From assembly GCA_025058615.1 (NCBI GenBank), contig JANXDM010000001.1, positions 1 to 55,722 of the forward strand: a stretch of 55,722 bases of DNA, given 5' to 3'. The DNA is from Candidatus Pacearchaeota archaeon (lineage in GTDB: Archaea; Nanobdellota; Nanobdellia; Pacearchaeales; UBA284). Each line of letters starts with the position of its first letter. Position 1 is the first letter of the stretch. The notes under the pieces were generated by a model, which saw only the letters and a program-made list of their open reading frames with translations, was not told the DNA's origin and ran no database searches. This document shows, one piece after another, positions 44,602 through 53,567 of the stretch. Both the position numbers and the translations under genes were made by a program.

Positions 44602-46752
44602 TTAGACTATTATGGATCCGACCGCTATTATTGCAAGTAGCCCCAATAGAGCGGTAGCAACTAATGCTGCCAAGAAATACAAAATTATTGCTGTTAATAA
44701 ATTTTTACTGCTTTCGTATTTTTCTCCTAATCTGTCCTCCCCATTTTCTATTGTGACTAGTGTAGATGTCAATATTAGCACTATTTCTATTAGATAAATC
44801 CCTATTATTATTTGCAACCAATATGGTGGGATCATTTTTACAACGTTGAACATGCTTGTTATTGCTCCTACAGTGCCTAACCCGACGAGTTCATGTGTTG
44901 CTGTTAATTCTCCTGTTTCAATCAAAATTTGGAGCTTGCTCAAAATCAAAGTTATCATTGCTGCAAGACCAGTAACAACCGCAGCCAACAAAGGAGCTAA
45001 AAAATTCATGTTGCTTTTCATACTACTTGCTATATCTGCTAACAAATCTTTTAGTCTCTCAGAAACTTTGTGGATATTTTTAACATACTCGCTTATAGCC
45101 ATCATTGCTCTTGCTGCAATACCTAGTCCTTTTTTTACCGCTTCGACAAGGATTTGCATACTTGTTCTTATCAAATCTGAAGGGTAATAATTTATAGCCC
45201 CACGTGTTTTGTTGAAAATTGCTTGTTCTAAAGACATTCCTAATTGTTGAATGTTTGTGCTTACTATCGTGAAGAAACCTTCTGTTGCTGTTCCTCTTAT
45301 GCTATTAGCGACCCTTCCAAAAGCCATTTCTGCTGGAATGCCGTCTGCGAGTCTATTTCCTAATTGAAAAATTGCAGAACTGAATTCTTGTTCTAGTTTT
45401 TTTGTTTCTTCTCTTGTTTTTATTAATTTTTGTGTTTTCAGTTTGTACGCTGTAGAGAAGAAAATTGCAATTCCTAAAGTAAAAAATAACCCGAGAATTA
45501 CAGCAAAAAATCCAAAAGGTCCAACGCTCTTACCAGTCTCTTGATCTTGTTTGAAGTCAAATGCGGGCTGTCCGAGAAAACTAATGTTGTAGTCTCTTTC
45601 TAATCCTAAGATGTGAGGAAGGTCTGTGTAGTGAAAAAGCAAAGGAAGCATGCCAATAAATAAAAAAGGAAGTGCGAAGAAAAAAGCTTTTATGTATACT
45701 GTGTTATCTTTGTAGTATTTATAATTTGGGTTTCTTTCTAGGAGTTCTGTTTCCCCATATCCTGCTGGCCTTCTTGCCAGTACTTGGGAAGTCATGTAAA
45801 AAACGAAGAATGGTAATATTATATTGAACAAAATAGCTACGTGGTACCATTTAATTGCTCCTTGTAAAAGAGTAGAAGCCAAAGGGAGCAACGCTAGGCC
45901 TAAAGTAGGTAATACTATCCCAAGCATGTAAATGTTTGTTATTGGAGATTTTACTTCGTGTGTAAAATGTATCATTTTTTCATACATGCCGTCGAGAATA
46001 ACTTGCATAGCTTTTTCCAAGATTGCTATTCTTCTTTCTTCTACGGGTTCATAGAGCGAAGATTCTATGAGATGCATCGCTTCTATAAACTCCGGATTGT
46101 ATTTTCGCCATTTTTCCAAGTAAGCATCTAAAGCATCTTTTATTGTCGCATATTTTGCAGTTTCTACATCGTAGAAAATTTTTTTGAAATCAAGCGCGAG
46201 AGGCGGCTGTAAGTTGTTTGCTGCAAACCTTACCGCCCGTTCGAGGTTGCTTGTGTGGCGCATGTAAATAACGATGTAGAGTATTGCCGGAACCATCTGC
46301 GATGCTGCTTTGAGACGCCATTTTTGTGCAAGTCTGAATGGCAAAGTGTTTAAATAATAAAATAAGAAAAGAGTAACAAACATCAGCAAGAAAAAAATAA
46401 GGAGAGCATTATTTAGATTATTCGTAAATAAAAAAATTGCAACGCAAATCAAAGCAGAAACTATAAAGCCTAGTAGCAGAGAAAATATCGCAAGCCCAGC
46501 AGCTTCTCCAGGCTCTATTTCCAAATGTGCCGTTTCTATTGCTTCTTGTAATGCGATTGCATCTTTTTCTTTTAGTTTTATTTTTATTATACGCCCTACA
46601 TTTTTACACGCTTTTTCATATCTGGAGGGGATCAAGGTCGATTCTTCTTTGAACTTCAAGTATTCTTTAGAATAGTCGGTTGTTTCTTCGAAGTCTAACC
46701 TTATTTTTGATTTCAACTCTCGCAAAAAATCTTTAGTGTTCGGTTTTACCAT
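44602..46752 (-). CDS. FlaJ/TadC/PilC-like polytopic platform protein (T2SS-F family, long form)
   Basis: 716 aa. Two cytoplasmic helical domains, each followed by TM bundles (..ANNLQPPLALDFKKIFYDVETAKY.., ..SSAIFQLGNRLADGIPAEMAFGRVANS..). First gene of the pilin cluster. Family call rests partly on context. Confidence 0.6.
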   Translation of the reverse strand: MVKPNTKDFLRELKSKIRLDFEETTDYSKEYLKFKEESTLIPSRYEKACKNVGRIIKIKLKEKDAIALQEAIETAHLEIEPGEAAGLAIFSLLLGFIVSALICVAIFLFTNNLNNALLIFFLLMFVTLFLFYYLNTLPFRLAQKWRLKAASQMVPAILYIVIYMRHTSNLERAVRFAANNLQPPLALDFKKIFYDVETAKYATIKDALDAYLEKWRKYNPEFIEAMHLIESSLYEPVEERRIAILEKAMQVILDGMYEKMIHFTHEVKSPITNIYMLGIVLPTLGLALLPLASTLLQGAIKWYHVAILFNIILPFFVFYMTSQVLARRPAGYGETELLERNPNYKYYKDNTVYIKAFFFALPFLFIGMLPLLFHYTDLPHILGLERDYNISFLGQPAFDFKQDQETGKSVGPFGFFAVILGLFFTLGIAIFFSTAYKLKTQKLIKTREETKKLEQEFSSAIFQLGNRLADGIPAEMAFGRVANSIRGTATEGFFTIVSTNIQQLGMSLEQAIFNKTRGAINYYPSDLIRTSMQILVEAVKKGLGIAARAMMAISEYVKNIHKVSERLKDLLADIASSMKSNMNFLAPLLAAVVTGLAAMITLILSKLQILIETGELTATHELVGLGTVGAITSMFNVVKMIPPYWLQIIIGIYLIEIVLILTSTLVTIENGEDRLGEKYESSKNLLTAIILYFLAALVATALLGLLAIIAVGSIIV

Positions 46753-46828
46753 CTTTTTAAAAACGAAGGAAAAACATTATAAAAATTTTTGCAACAATAT
46801 TTAAAACCAAGAAATCTATTTGTATAAA

Positions 46829-49309
46829 ATGGGTTTTTGGATTAATAACTTCATAGGACTAGAAGGAAAAAGCAAGAGAGCAAACAGATTTATTCTAAAT
46901 TTTTATTATTTTCCTTCTGCTGAAGAAGAACCAAAAAGCATAAAAGTTTTCTTAAAACAAAATGTAAAAATACCTTCCTGTTTTTTGAAGTATGAAAATC
47001 TAGAAAAAATAATCAAGAGAGTGGAAAAACTAGCTACAAAGTTAAGAAAATATGTTTTTAATGACTATTACGTTCTCGAGGTAGAATTACCTTATGAAAA
47101 AAATAATATAAAAGAACTTCCGGATGTTTTTCAAAAAGGAAGCTATGTTAAGATCTTTAAGTACAGGGGCTTTTATCCAGAAAGGAAAGTTTCTCTCGAT
47201 GCAAAGGTAAAAAAGATTTTTGAGGAGATTTCCAAATTTGAGAAAAAAGAAGGGGAGAATAAAGAAAATTCTGCAAGAGAGATAGATTTTTTGCTTAAAC
47301 AGATAAACAAAGAAAATAAGTTTTATTTCAACGTCGAAACAAAAAATTATGAAGTAGAGCTTAATTCTTTGGATGGCATCTTTTTCGAAGAAAAATTTTT
47401 GACGGAAAAAGATTTTTCGCTTGCTAGAAAACTTTATTTAGATTTAGAGAAGCCGTTGTGGAAAAAAGAAGAGGAAAAAGAATTAATAAAAAAAAGGAAA
47501 GAATTGTTGAGGAAGCTATCAAAAGAAAAAAATGCAGAAAATACTAAGTCTATAAAAAGAGAAATAGAAGAAATAGAAAAGAAACTGACTATCAATACGA
47601 AATTTGGAACTATCAAGCTTTATGAGGATTTGTTCGATGCAAAAATTTCTTTTGTCTCTACCATCTGGGAAAACATAAACGGAAGAACTATAAAAGAACT
47701 TTATGTATGGGACCCTCTTTCTGATATAAATGAAGAATATGTTAATGGATTTTTTATTAAAAAATTCAAAACAGAAAAAGAGCTTATAGAAGCGCTTACA
47801 ACTTCTATAAAGAATAGGAAGCCCCTAGTATGTATAGGCCATAATGAAGCTTATGACATCACACAACTCAGATTTGCTTCAGAAGAGACAAGAGCAGGAA
47901 AATTTGATATTGCTGTTAAAGATATTGTTCCAAGAAGAGATTTTGTTAGAGATTTTCTTCAGAGATTAAGAGAAGATTTGATATACATAGACACTTTATG
48001 GCTAAACAGGATTTTCTTTCCTTTCCTTTCTTTCAGAAGCTTGAAAAGAAGTTTAAAACTAGAAGATGTTGCTAAATTTCACGGAATTCCTTTCGAGAAA
48101 AAAATAAAACACGAAGAATTAAGAGATTATGAAATAAAAAGATTGGCTGGAAACGAAACAGAAAGAAAAGAGGCATTCAGAGAACTTGCGGATTACACGA
48201 CCAAAGACATAGAAATAATTTATGAAATTTCAAAAAAAATCCCTTTTTCTTTACTTGTAAAATTGAAAAATGTAATGCCTTATTTGACCTTTACAGAACT
48301 TGCTTTTTCTACAAGCTGCATCAAGAAATATTTTGAAAAAAAACATTTTGATTTGTTCCATAATTTAGAGTATTATGGAAAAAAACAAAAAAAGAGGGAA
48401 GAAAAATTACAATTATTCAAAAGAGTTTTCAAAAGAAAAAAGAAAGAACTTCTTGAATGGGCTGGAATACAAGTAGAAAAAGAAAATTATGATGGAGCCT
48501 ATGAAATATATATCCCCTTTGAAGAATTCATCTTAGATTGTATTTTCAGAGCATGTCCTGAATTCGAGAAAATTTACAAAAGTTTTGAAAATAAAGAAAC
48601 AAACAAAGTGAAAGAAAACATAGAAAAATTCGGTTTCCTTCAGTATATGAAAGTTCTTGCTCAACAAATCCTTACAGATTATTATTGGGTGAGAAAATGT
48701 GAGAAAGAAGCCAAAAAATTCTTAGGAAAAATCCCTCTTTTTGCTCTGCAGCAAGAAAATTCAAATCTTTCAATCTTGGAAAAAAAAGCTAGAAAGAATG
48801 GCCTCGAAAGAGAACTAAGAAATAGTTTTTCTACTCTTGATTACTCCTTAGAATGTTTCTATGATCTTTATAATTTTCTAGATGCAAAAACAAAAAAAGA
48901 ATTAAAAAATAAACCAGAAATAGAAGCCCTTTTTATGCTGTACAGAAAGAAGGAGTTGGGTTTAAAAGAAAAAAAGGAAAAATTGTTGAGAACATTTGTT
49001 GGTAGCTTCAAAAAATTTCTAGAAACTTCTGAGATGCTTGTAGAAAAAATGAAGATTCCAAAAGAAATTTTTTATGCTCTATACTACCAAGAAAAATCCA
49101 AAAAAGAAAAAAAGAGATTTGAGAAAAAATACAATCTCAAAGTAGAAGAGCTGACAAGAAAGATAGCGATTTCTTATAAAAACTTAAAGAGAGAACTTGA
49201 ATTTCTTGGAAAAGTGGTAGGAGTTAGAGGAGATCTTTTGTTTTTGAAACCCTATGATGGAAAAGAAATAGAGAAAAGTAAATTTTTTTATATAATAAGA
49301 AAGTTTTAA
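46829..49309 (+). CDS. Family-B DNA polymerase-like protein with DEDDy exonuclease motifs and degenerate palm motifs
   Basis: Start set to ATG 46829. Candidate Exo I LYLDLEK, Exo II GHNEAYDITQL, Exo III YTTKDIEIIYEI. Candidate pre-motif-A YDGAYEIY, then ILDCIFRACPEF, KVLAQQILTDYYW and STLDYSLE where DxxSLYPS, KxxxNSxYG and YGDTDS are expected. Confidence 0.4.
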   Translation: MGFWINNFIGLEGKSKRANRFILNFYYFPSAEEEPKSIKVFLKQNVKIPSCFLKYENLEKIIKRVEKLATKLRKYVFNDYYVLEVELPYEKNNIKELPDVFQKGSYVKIFKYRGFYPERKVSLDAKVKKIFEEISKFEKKEGENKENSAREIDFLLKQINKENKFYFNVETKNYEVELNSLDGIFFEEKFLTEKDFSLARKLYLDLEKPLWKKEEEKELIKKRKELLRKLSKEKNAENTKSIKREIEEIEKKLTINTKFGTIKLYEDLFDAKISFVSTIWENINGRTIKELYVWDPLSDINEEYVNGFFIKKFKTEKELIEALTTSIKNRKPLVCIGHNEAYDITQLRFASEETRAGKFDIAVKDIVPRRDFVRDFLQRLREDLIYIDTLWLNRIFFPFLSFRSLKRSLKLEDVAKFHGIPFEKKIKHEELRDYEIKRLAGNETERKEAFRELADYTTKDIEIIYEISKKIPFSLLVKLKNVMPYLTFTELAFSTSCIKKYFEKKHFDLFHNLEYYGKKQKKREEKLQLFKRVFKRKKKELLEWAGIQVEKENYDGAYEIYIPFEEFILDCIFRACPEFEKIYKSFENKETNKVKENIEKFGFLQYMKVLAQQILTDYYWVRKCEKEAKKFLGKIPLFALQQENSNLSILEKKARKNGLERELRNSFSTLDYSLECFYDLYNFLDAKTKKELKNKPEIEALFMLYRKKELGLKEKKEKLLRTFVGSFKKFLETSEMLVEKMKIPKEIFYALYYQEKSKKEKKRFEKKYNLKVEELTRKIAISYKNLKRELEFLGKVVGVRGDLLFLKPYDGKEIEKSKFFYIIRKF

Positions 49310-49369
49310 AAAACTTTAAAATAGCAAAAAATATATAAATATTGATTTCCAAGGTTCAAGAAAGAAAAA

Positions 49370-49648
49370 ATGTTGAAGATATTGAAGATAAGTGAAGTGG
49401 TAGGGATGAAAGTATTTACAGATGGTGGGGATTTCATAGGGACTATTGAAGAAGCTAACTTGTTGGGGAACAGAGTTGAAAGTTGGCGTGTTAGGGTTGC
49501 AAAAAATTCTAGCGTAGGGCCTTATTTAAGCGGAGCAAAAGGTTTGATTATTCCACACCAATATATCAAAGCGTTTGGAGAAGTTGTAATTATAAGTAAG
49601 ACAGCAATACCAAAAGAGGAAGCAGAATCTATAGAAGAAATAGAATAA
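49370..49648 (+). CDS. PRC-barrel domain protein
   Basis: 92 aa. VVGMKVFTDGGDFIGTIEEANLLGNRVESWRVRV...LIIPHQYIKAFGEVVIISK. Confidence 0.7.
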   Translation: MLKILKISEVVGMKVFTDGGDFIGTIEEANLLGNRVESWRVRVAKNSSVGPYLSGAKGLIIPHQYIKAFGEVVIISKTAIPKEEAESIEEIE

Positions 49649-49654
49649 ACAAAG

Positions 49655-50122
49655 ATGAATGGATTTATCCCACCCTTCATCTATAATGTACTTCTACCTT
49701 TTTTACTTGTCTTTGCTGTTGTTTTTGCAATTCTTGAGAAAACCAAAGTTTTAGGAGAAAAAAGAAATATTAACCTAATAGTTTCTTTTTGCATAACTTT
49801 TATTTTTGTAGGCGTTCCAGCAATGGTAAATGTAACTTTGCGTTTGATACCTGTGGTTTCTTCGATAATAGTAGTTTTGCTTTGTTTACTTCTACTTTTT
49901 GGATTTGCTGGTTTGAGGGTGGAAGAAAACAAAACCTTAAGGACAATCCTTGGAGTAATTCTAGGAATTGCCTTAGCTGTAGTTGTGTTCTGGGCTTCTG
50001 GAGCAATGGACAAGTTCAGAGGAACAAAAATTTCAGAAGCAACTCTTAATTATATAATTTTTTTTAGCATTTTCGTCTTGGCTATTGTTGTAGTTTTGGT
50101 TGGTGGGAAGAAAAGGGAATAA
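49655..50122 (+). CDS. Small 4-TM membrane protein, paralog 1 of 3
   Basis: Shared N-terminal motif NVLLPFLLVFAVVFAILEKTKVLGEKRN. 155 aa. Confidence 0.6.
   Translation: MNGFIPPFIYNVLLPFLLVFAVVFAILEKTKVLGEKRNINLIVSFCITFIFVGVPAMVNVTLRLIPVVSSIIVVLLCLLLLFGFAGLRVEENKTLRTILGVILGIALAVVVFWASGAMDKFRGTKISEATLNYIIFFSIFVLAIVVVLVGGKKRE
49684..49742 (+). repeat. 59-nt perfect direct repeat, copy 1
   Basis: taatgtacttctaccttttttacttgtctttgctgttgtttttgcaattcttgagaaaa, identical to 50242..50300 (compared base by base). Confidence 0.9.
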
Positions 50123-50158
50123 GGAAAGTTTTAAAAATTAAAAAATCTTCAAATAAAA

Positions 50159-50701
50159 ATGGAAATATTATTACAGTATCATTGGTATTATGGTGGTCCT
50201 ATGGAACAGATGATTTCTCAATGGGCCCAACTCGGAGTTTTTAATGTACTTCTACCTTTTTTACTTGTCTTTGCTGTTGTTTTTGCAATTCTTGAGAAAA
50301 TAGACTTACTTAAAAATCGGGGAGTTCATGCTATCATAAGCCTTGCTGTAGGTTTTTTTACAATAGCAAATCCTTATGTAATCTCTTTTTTTCTTCCACT
50401 TTTTTCTAATCTTGGTCTTGGAGTTGCAATTCTAATTGCTCTTGTTGTTGTTTTGGGTCTTGCGATACATCCTGGAGAAAAAACGTGGAAAACTATTTTT
50501 TTAGTTATGGGGGTAATTATCTTTATAGTAGTTCTTGGTAAGGCAGGAATTTTTAATTACTTGAATATTTTTGGATATTGTGATTCTTATTGTCAAAGCA
50601 CAGTTGTTTTTTTTGTTATAGTTGGTCTTGCTGTGCTTGTCGCATTGCTTTATGGAAAAAAAGAAGAAGGAAAAATGATAGCAATACCTGCGGGAAAATA
50701 A
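50159..50701 (+). CDS. Small membrane protein, paralog 2 of 3
   Basis: ..GVFNVLLPFLLVFAVVFAILEKIDLLKNRG.. Start may be the internal Met at 50201. Confidence 0.6.
   Translation: MEILLQYHWYYGGPMEQMISQWAQLGVFNVLLPFLLVFAVVFAILEKIDLLKNRGVHAIISLAVGFFTIANPYVISFFLPLFSNLGLGVAILIALVVVLGLAIHPGEKTWKTIFLVMGVIIFIVVLGKAGIFNYLNIFGYCDSYCQSTVVFFVIVGLAVLVALLYGKKEEGKMIAIPAGK
50242..50300 (+). repeat. 59-nt perfect direct repeat, copy 2
   Basis: Identical to 49684..49742; flanking sequence diverges immediately on both sides. Confidence 0.9.
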
Positions 50702-50702
50702 A

Positions 50703-51188
50703 ATGGAGATGATAGATGTTTCGGCTGGTGTGACAATGTTCATGCCGGTATTCGCTTTTCTTCTTGTTTTTGCAGTCACATATGGTTTGCTTAGCAAAAC
50801 AAAAGTATTGGGAGAAAATAAATTTGTGCATATTCTTGTGAGTTTTGCTGTAGCAATAATTTTTTTGGCTTCTGCTAGCGCGATCCATTATGCAAAAGTT
50901 TCTGCGGGATGGTTTGCTGCTTTCATAATAAGTTTGCTTTTTATTGTTTTGATAGTGGGCCTTGTAAGAAAAAATCTTGAAGATATCATGACGAAAGGAT
51001 TCGCATGGTTCATAGTTATATCTTTAATTTTAATTTTCATATTTTCCGGAGCTTATGTTTTTCGTGATGTTATAAACACCTACCTAAGCAGGCCGAGAGC
51101 AATAATTTTTGATCCTACTATTTTTGGTGTTGTAATCCTAGTTGGAGTTACGATTTTTGCCGCATGGCTAATGACAAGAGAAAAATAA
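50703..51188 (+). CDS. Small membrane protein, paralog 3 of 3
   Basis: ..MFMPVFAFLLVFAVTYGLLSKTKVLGENKF.. has the same architecture but is divergent at DNA level. 1-nt gap to paralog 2. Confidence 0.6.
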   Translation: MEMIDVSAGVTMFMPVFAFLLVFAVTYGLLSKTKVLGENKFVHILVSFAVAIIFLASASAIHYAKVSAGWFAAFIISLLFIVLIVGLVRKNLEDIMTKGFAWFIVISLILIFIFSGAYVFRDVINTYLSRPRAIIFDPTIFGVVILVGVTIFAAWLMTREK

Positions 51189-51190
51189 AT

Positions 51191-52513
51191 TCAAAATATT
51201 TTCTTACCAAATTTTTTTGCTATCTTTTGTAGTATACTCTTATCTATCCTCGGTTCTCTGCTTTGGACTATTTCTTTAATTAATTTATAGTATTTTAACA
51301 TTTCACGAATTTCTGCAGCAGAAACGTGAGATCCTCTGCTAATTCTGGAAATTCTAGAACTGTCTATAATCTCTGGATTCTCTCTTTCTTCTTTTGTCAT
51401 ACTATCTATAGCGTAACGCCATCTCTTCAGTTTTTCTTCTTGTACTTCAAATATGTTTGGAATTTTTTTAATGGCAGAATGAGCGAAACTCCCCATACCA
51501 GGAATCATTTCTGCTATTTTGTCGAGGGGCCCAATTTTTTGCATTGTTTTTATTTGTTCGTAAAAATCCAAAAGAGTAAACTTTCTTTCTGTTTGCTTTT
51601 TTTCTGAGACGCTTTCTATCTTTTCAAGCAAAGTTTTTAGGTCGCCCATCCCAAGGAGTCTAGAAACAAAACTTGCCGGATCGAAACTTTCTATATCATG
51701 TAATTTTTCTCCAGTTCCAATAAAAAAAACTTTAGAACCTGTTTCTTTACAAGATACAAGAGCACCGCCTCCTTTTGCTGTCCCGTCCATTCTTGTTATT
51801 ATGATACCATCAATTCCTACTTCATTAAAACCTTGCGCTTGCTTTTTTGCCGCTTTTCCGATGTCTGCTGCAACAACCAGAAAAGTTTTTTCTGGTTTTA
51901 TCACTTCTTTTAGTAATCTTATCTCTTCCAACAAATCTTTGTTTAAGACGTCTCTCCCTGCAGTATCTATCAAACATAAATCGAATTTTTTTATTTTTTC
52001 TTTGAATTTTTCATAAATCGCCAAAGGGTTTTTTTCCTCTTTATCTACAAAACAAGTAATTTTCGCTTTTTCTGCGAGTTGCTCCAGTTGTTCTGGAGCG
52101 GCAGGTCTGTGCACATCCAATCCAAGAAGGCATGCTTTGAAACCCCTTTTACTATAATAGAATGCAAGTTTTGCTGCGGTAGTTGTTTTTCCACATCCGT
52201 ATAATCCTAGGAGCATTATCTTGTAAGGTTTTACTTTTTTTTCTAATTTGAATTCGTGAGTCTCCCCACCAAGAATCTCTACTAGTTCTTTATGTATAAA
52301 TTTTATGAGGTGTTCTCTGTTGGCTTTTTCTTTTCTTGCTTCTTCCTTTATTTTTTTTATAAGAGAATCTACAAGTTCCAAATCTATATCCGCTTCTAAT
52401 AAAGCACGTTTTATTTCATAACATGCTTCGTCTATTTCTTTTGTATTAAAAAATATACTTGTTGCTATTTTTTGCAATGCATTTCTTAAGTTTTTACCAA
52501 TTCTGTCCAGCAT
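51191..52513 (-). CDS. srp54: Signal recognition particle protein SRP54
   Basis: Trimmed to ATG 52513 (MLDRIGKNLRNALQKI). GLYGCGKTTTAAKLA, DTAGR, M-domain IPGMGSF. Confidence 0.95.
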   Translation of the reverse strand: MLDRIGKNLRNALQKIATSIFFNTKEIDEACYEIKRALLEADIDLELVDSLIKKIKEEARKEKANREHLIKFIHKELVEILGGETHEFKLEKKVKPYKIMLLGLYGCGKTTTAAKLAFYYSKRGFKACLLGLDVHRPAAPEQLEQLAEKAKITCFVDKEEKNPLAIYEKFKEKIKKFDLCLIDTAGRDVLNKDLLEEIRLLKEVIKPEKTFLVVAADIGKAAKKQAQGFNEVGIDGIIITRMDGTAKGGGALVSCKETGSKVFFIGTGEKLHDIESFDPASFVSRLLGMGDLKTLLEKIESVSEKKQTERKFTLLDFYEQIKTMQKIGPLDKIAEMIPGMGSFAHSAIKKIPNIFEVQEEKLKRWRYAIDSMTKEERENPEIIDSSRISRISRGSHVSAAEIREMLKYYKLIKEIVQSREPRIDKSILQKIAKKFGKKIF

Positions 52514-52556
52514 TATACATCTACGAATATCTTTTTTATAAATTTTAGGAAAAAAT

Positions 52557-53513
52557 TTAAATGAAAATCTTTTTAATAAAAGAATCTTTTTCAAACCGTT
52601 CAAAGTCTTGATAATTTTGGCCCGTACCTAGAAATAGAATTGGTTTCTTAGTTATATAGCTTATACTTATACAAGCGCCTCCTTTTTCATCGACATCTGC
52701 TTTCGTCAATATTATCCCATCTATTCCTACAGTTTCGTTAAAAGTTTTTGCTTGTTGTATAACATCGTTTCCTGCTATGGCTTCGCCTACAAAAATTTTT
52801 AAATCTGGTTTTGATACGCGAACAATTTTTTCCATTTCTTTAAGGAGGTCTTTGTCCGTGTGCATTCTTCCTGCAGTATCTATAAGTACGGCATGTATAC
52901 CATGAGCTCTTGCATGGGCTATCGCATCGAAAGCAACTGCAGCAGGATCTGATCCGTATTTATGTTTTATTATCTTTAAATTTAATTTTTCAGCATGCTT
53001 TTCCAATTGTTCTATTGAAGCTGCCCTGAACGTGTCGCTTGCAGCTAAAACACAATTTATACCTTTACTTTTTAAAAAATAAGCTAATTTTGCTATGCTT
53101 AATGTTTTTCCTGTTCCGTTAATTCCGAAAAAAACTATGACATAAGGTTTTTCTTTTTTTTCTTCTATTTTTTTTACAATATCAAACGGTTCTGGGAAAA
53201 GTCCAAGAATTGCATTTTTCGTAGTTTCTCTTATTTCTTCTCTTATTTCTTTTCTTTTTATTTCCTTCCCTACCAAATCTTTTTTTAATTGAGTTTTCAA
53301 AAAGTCTATTACTTCTATAGCTGCATTACTTTCTATGAGTATTATTTCAAATTCAGAGAAAAAATTTTCGAAATTTTTTTCATCGAGCTTTACAGTAATT
53401 ATTGGTTTGAAGATTTTTTCTATTATACTCTCTTTTTTTTCCTCTTTTTTTTCTAATTCTTCTTCTGTTTTCTTGAATAGTCTTTGTAATCTTTCTTTCA
53501 AGAATTTGAACAT
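52557..53513 (-). CDS. ftsY: SRP receptor FtsY
   Basis: Acidic/basic N-terminus, then NG domain GINGTGKTLSIAKLA, IDTAGRMH, TKADVDEKGG. Confidence 0.95.
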   Translation of the reverse strand: MFKFLKERLQRLFKKTEEELEKKEEKKESIIEKIFKPIITVKLDEKNFENFFSEFEIILIESNAAIEVIDFLKTQLKKDLVGKEIKRKEIREEIRETTKNAILGLFPEPFDIVKKIEEKKEKPYVIVFFGINGTGKTLSIAKLAYFLKSKGINCVLAASDTFRAASIEQLEKHAEKLNLKIIKHKYGSDPAAVAFDAIAHARAHGIHAVLIDTAGRMHTDKDLLKEMEKIVRVSKPDLKIFVGEAIAGNDVIQQAKTFNETVGIDGIILTKADVDEKGGACISISYITKKPILFLGTGQNYQDFERFEKDSFIKKIFI

Positions 53514-53567
53514 AACGAAAAAGAAAAAAGAAGAATTTATAAAATCTTTCTTCTTTATAAAGAAAAA

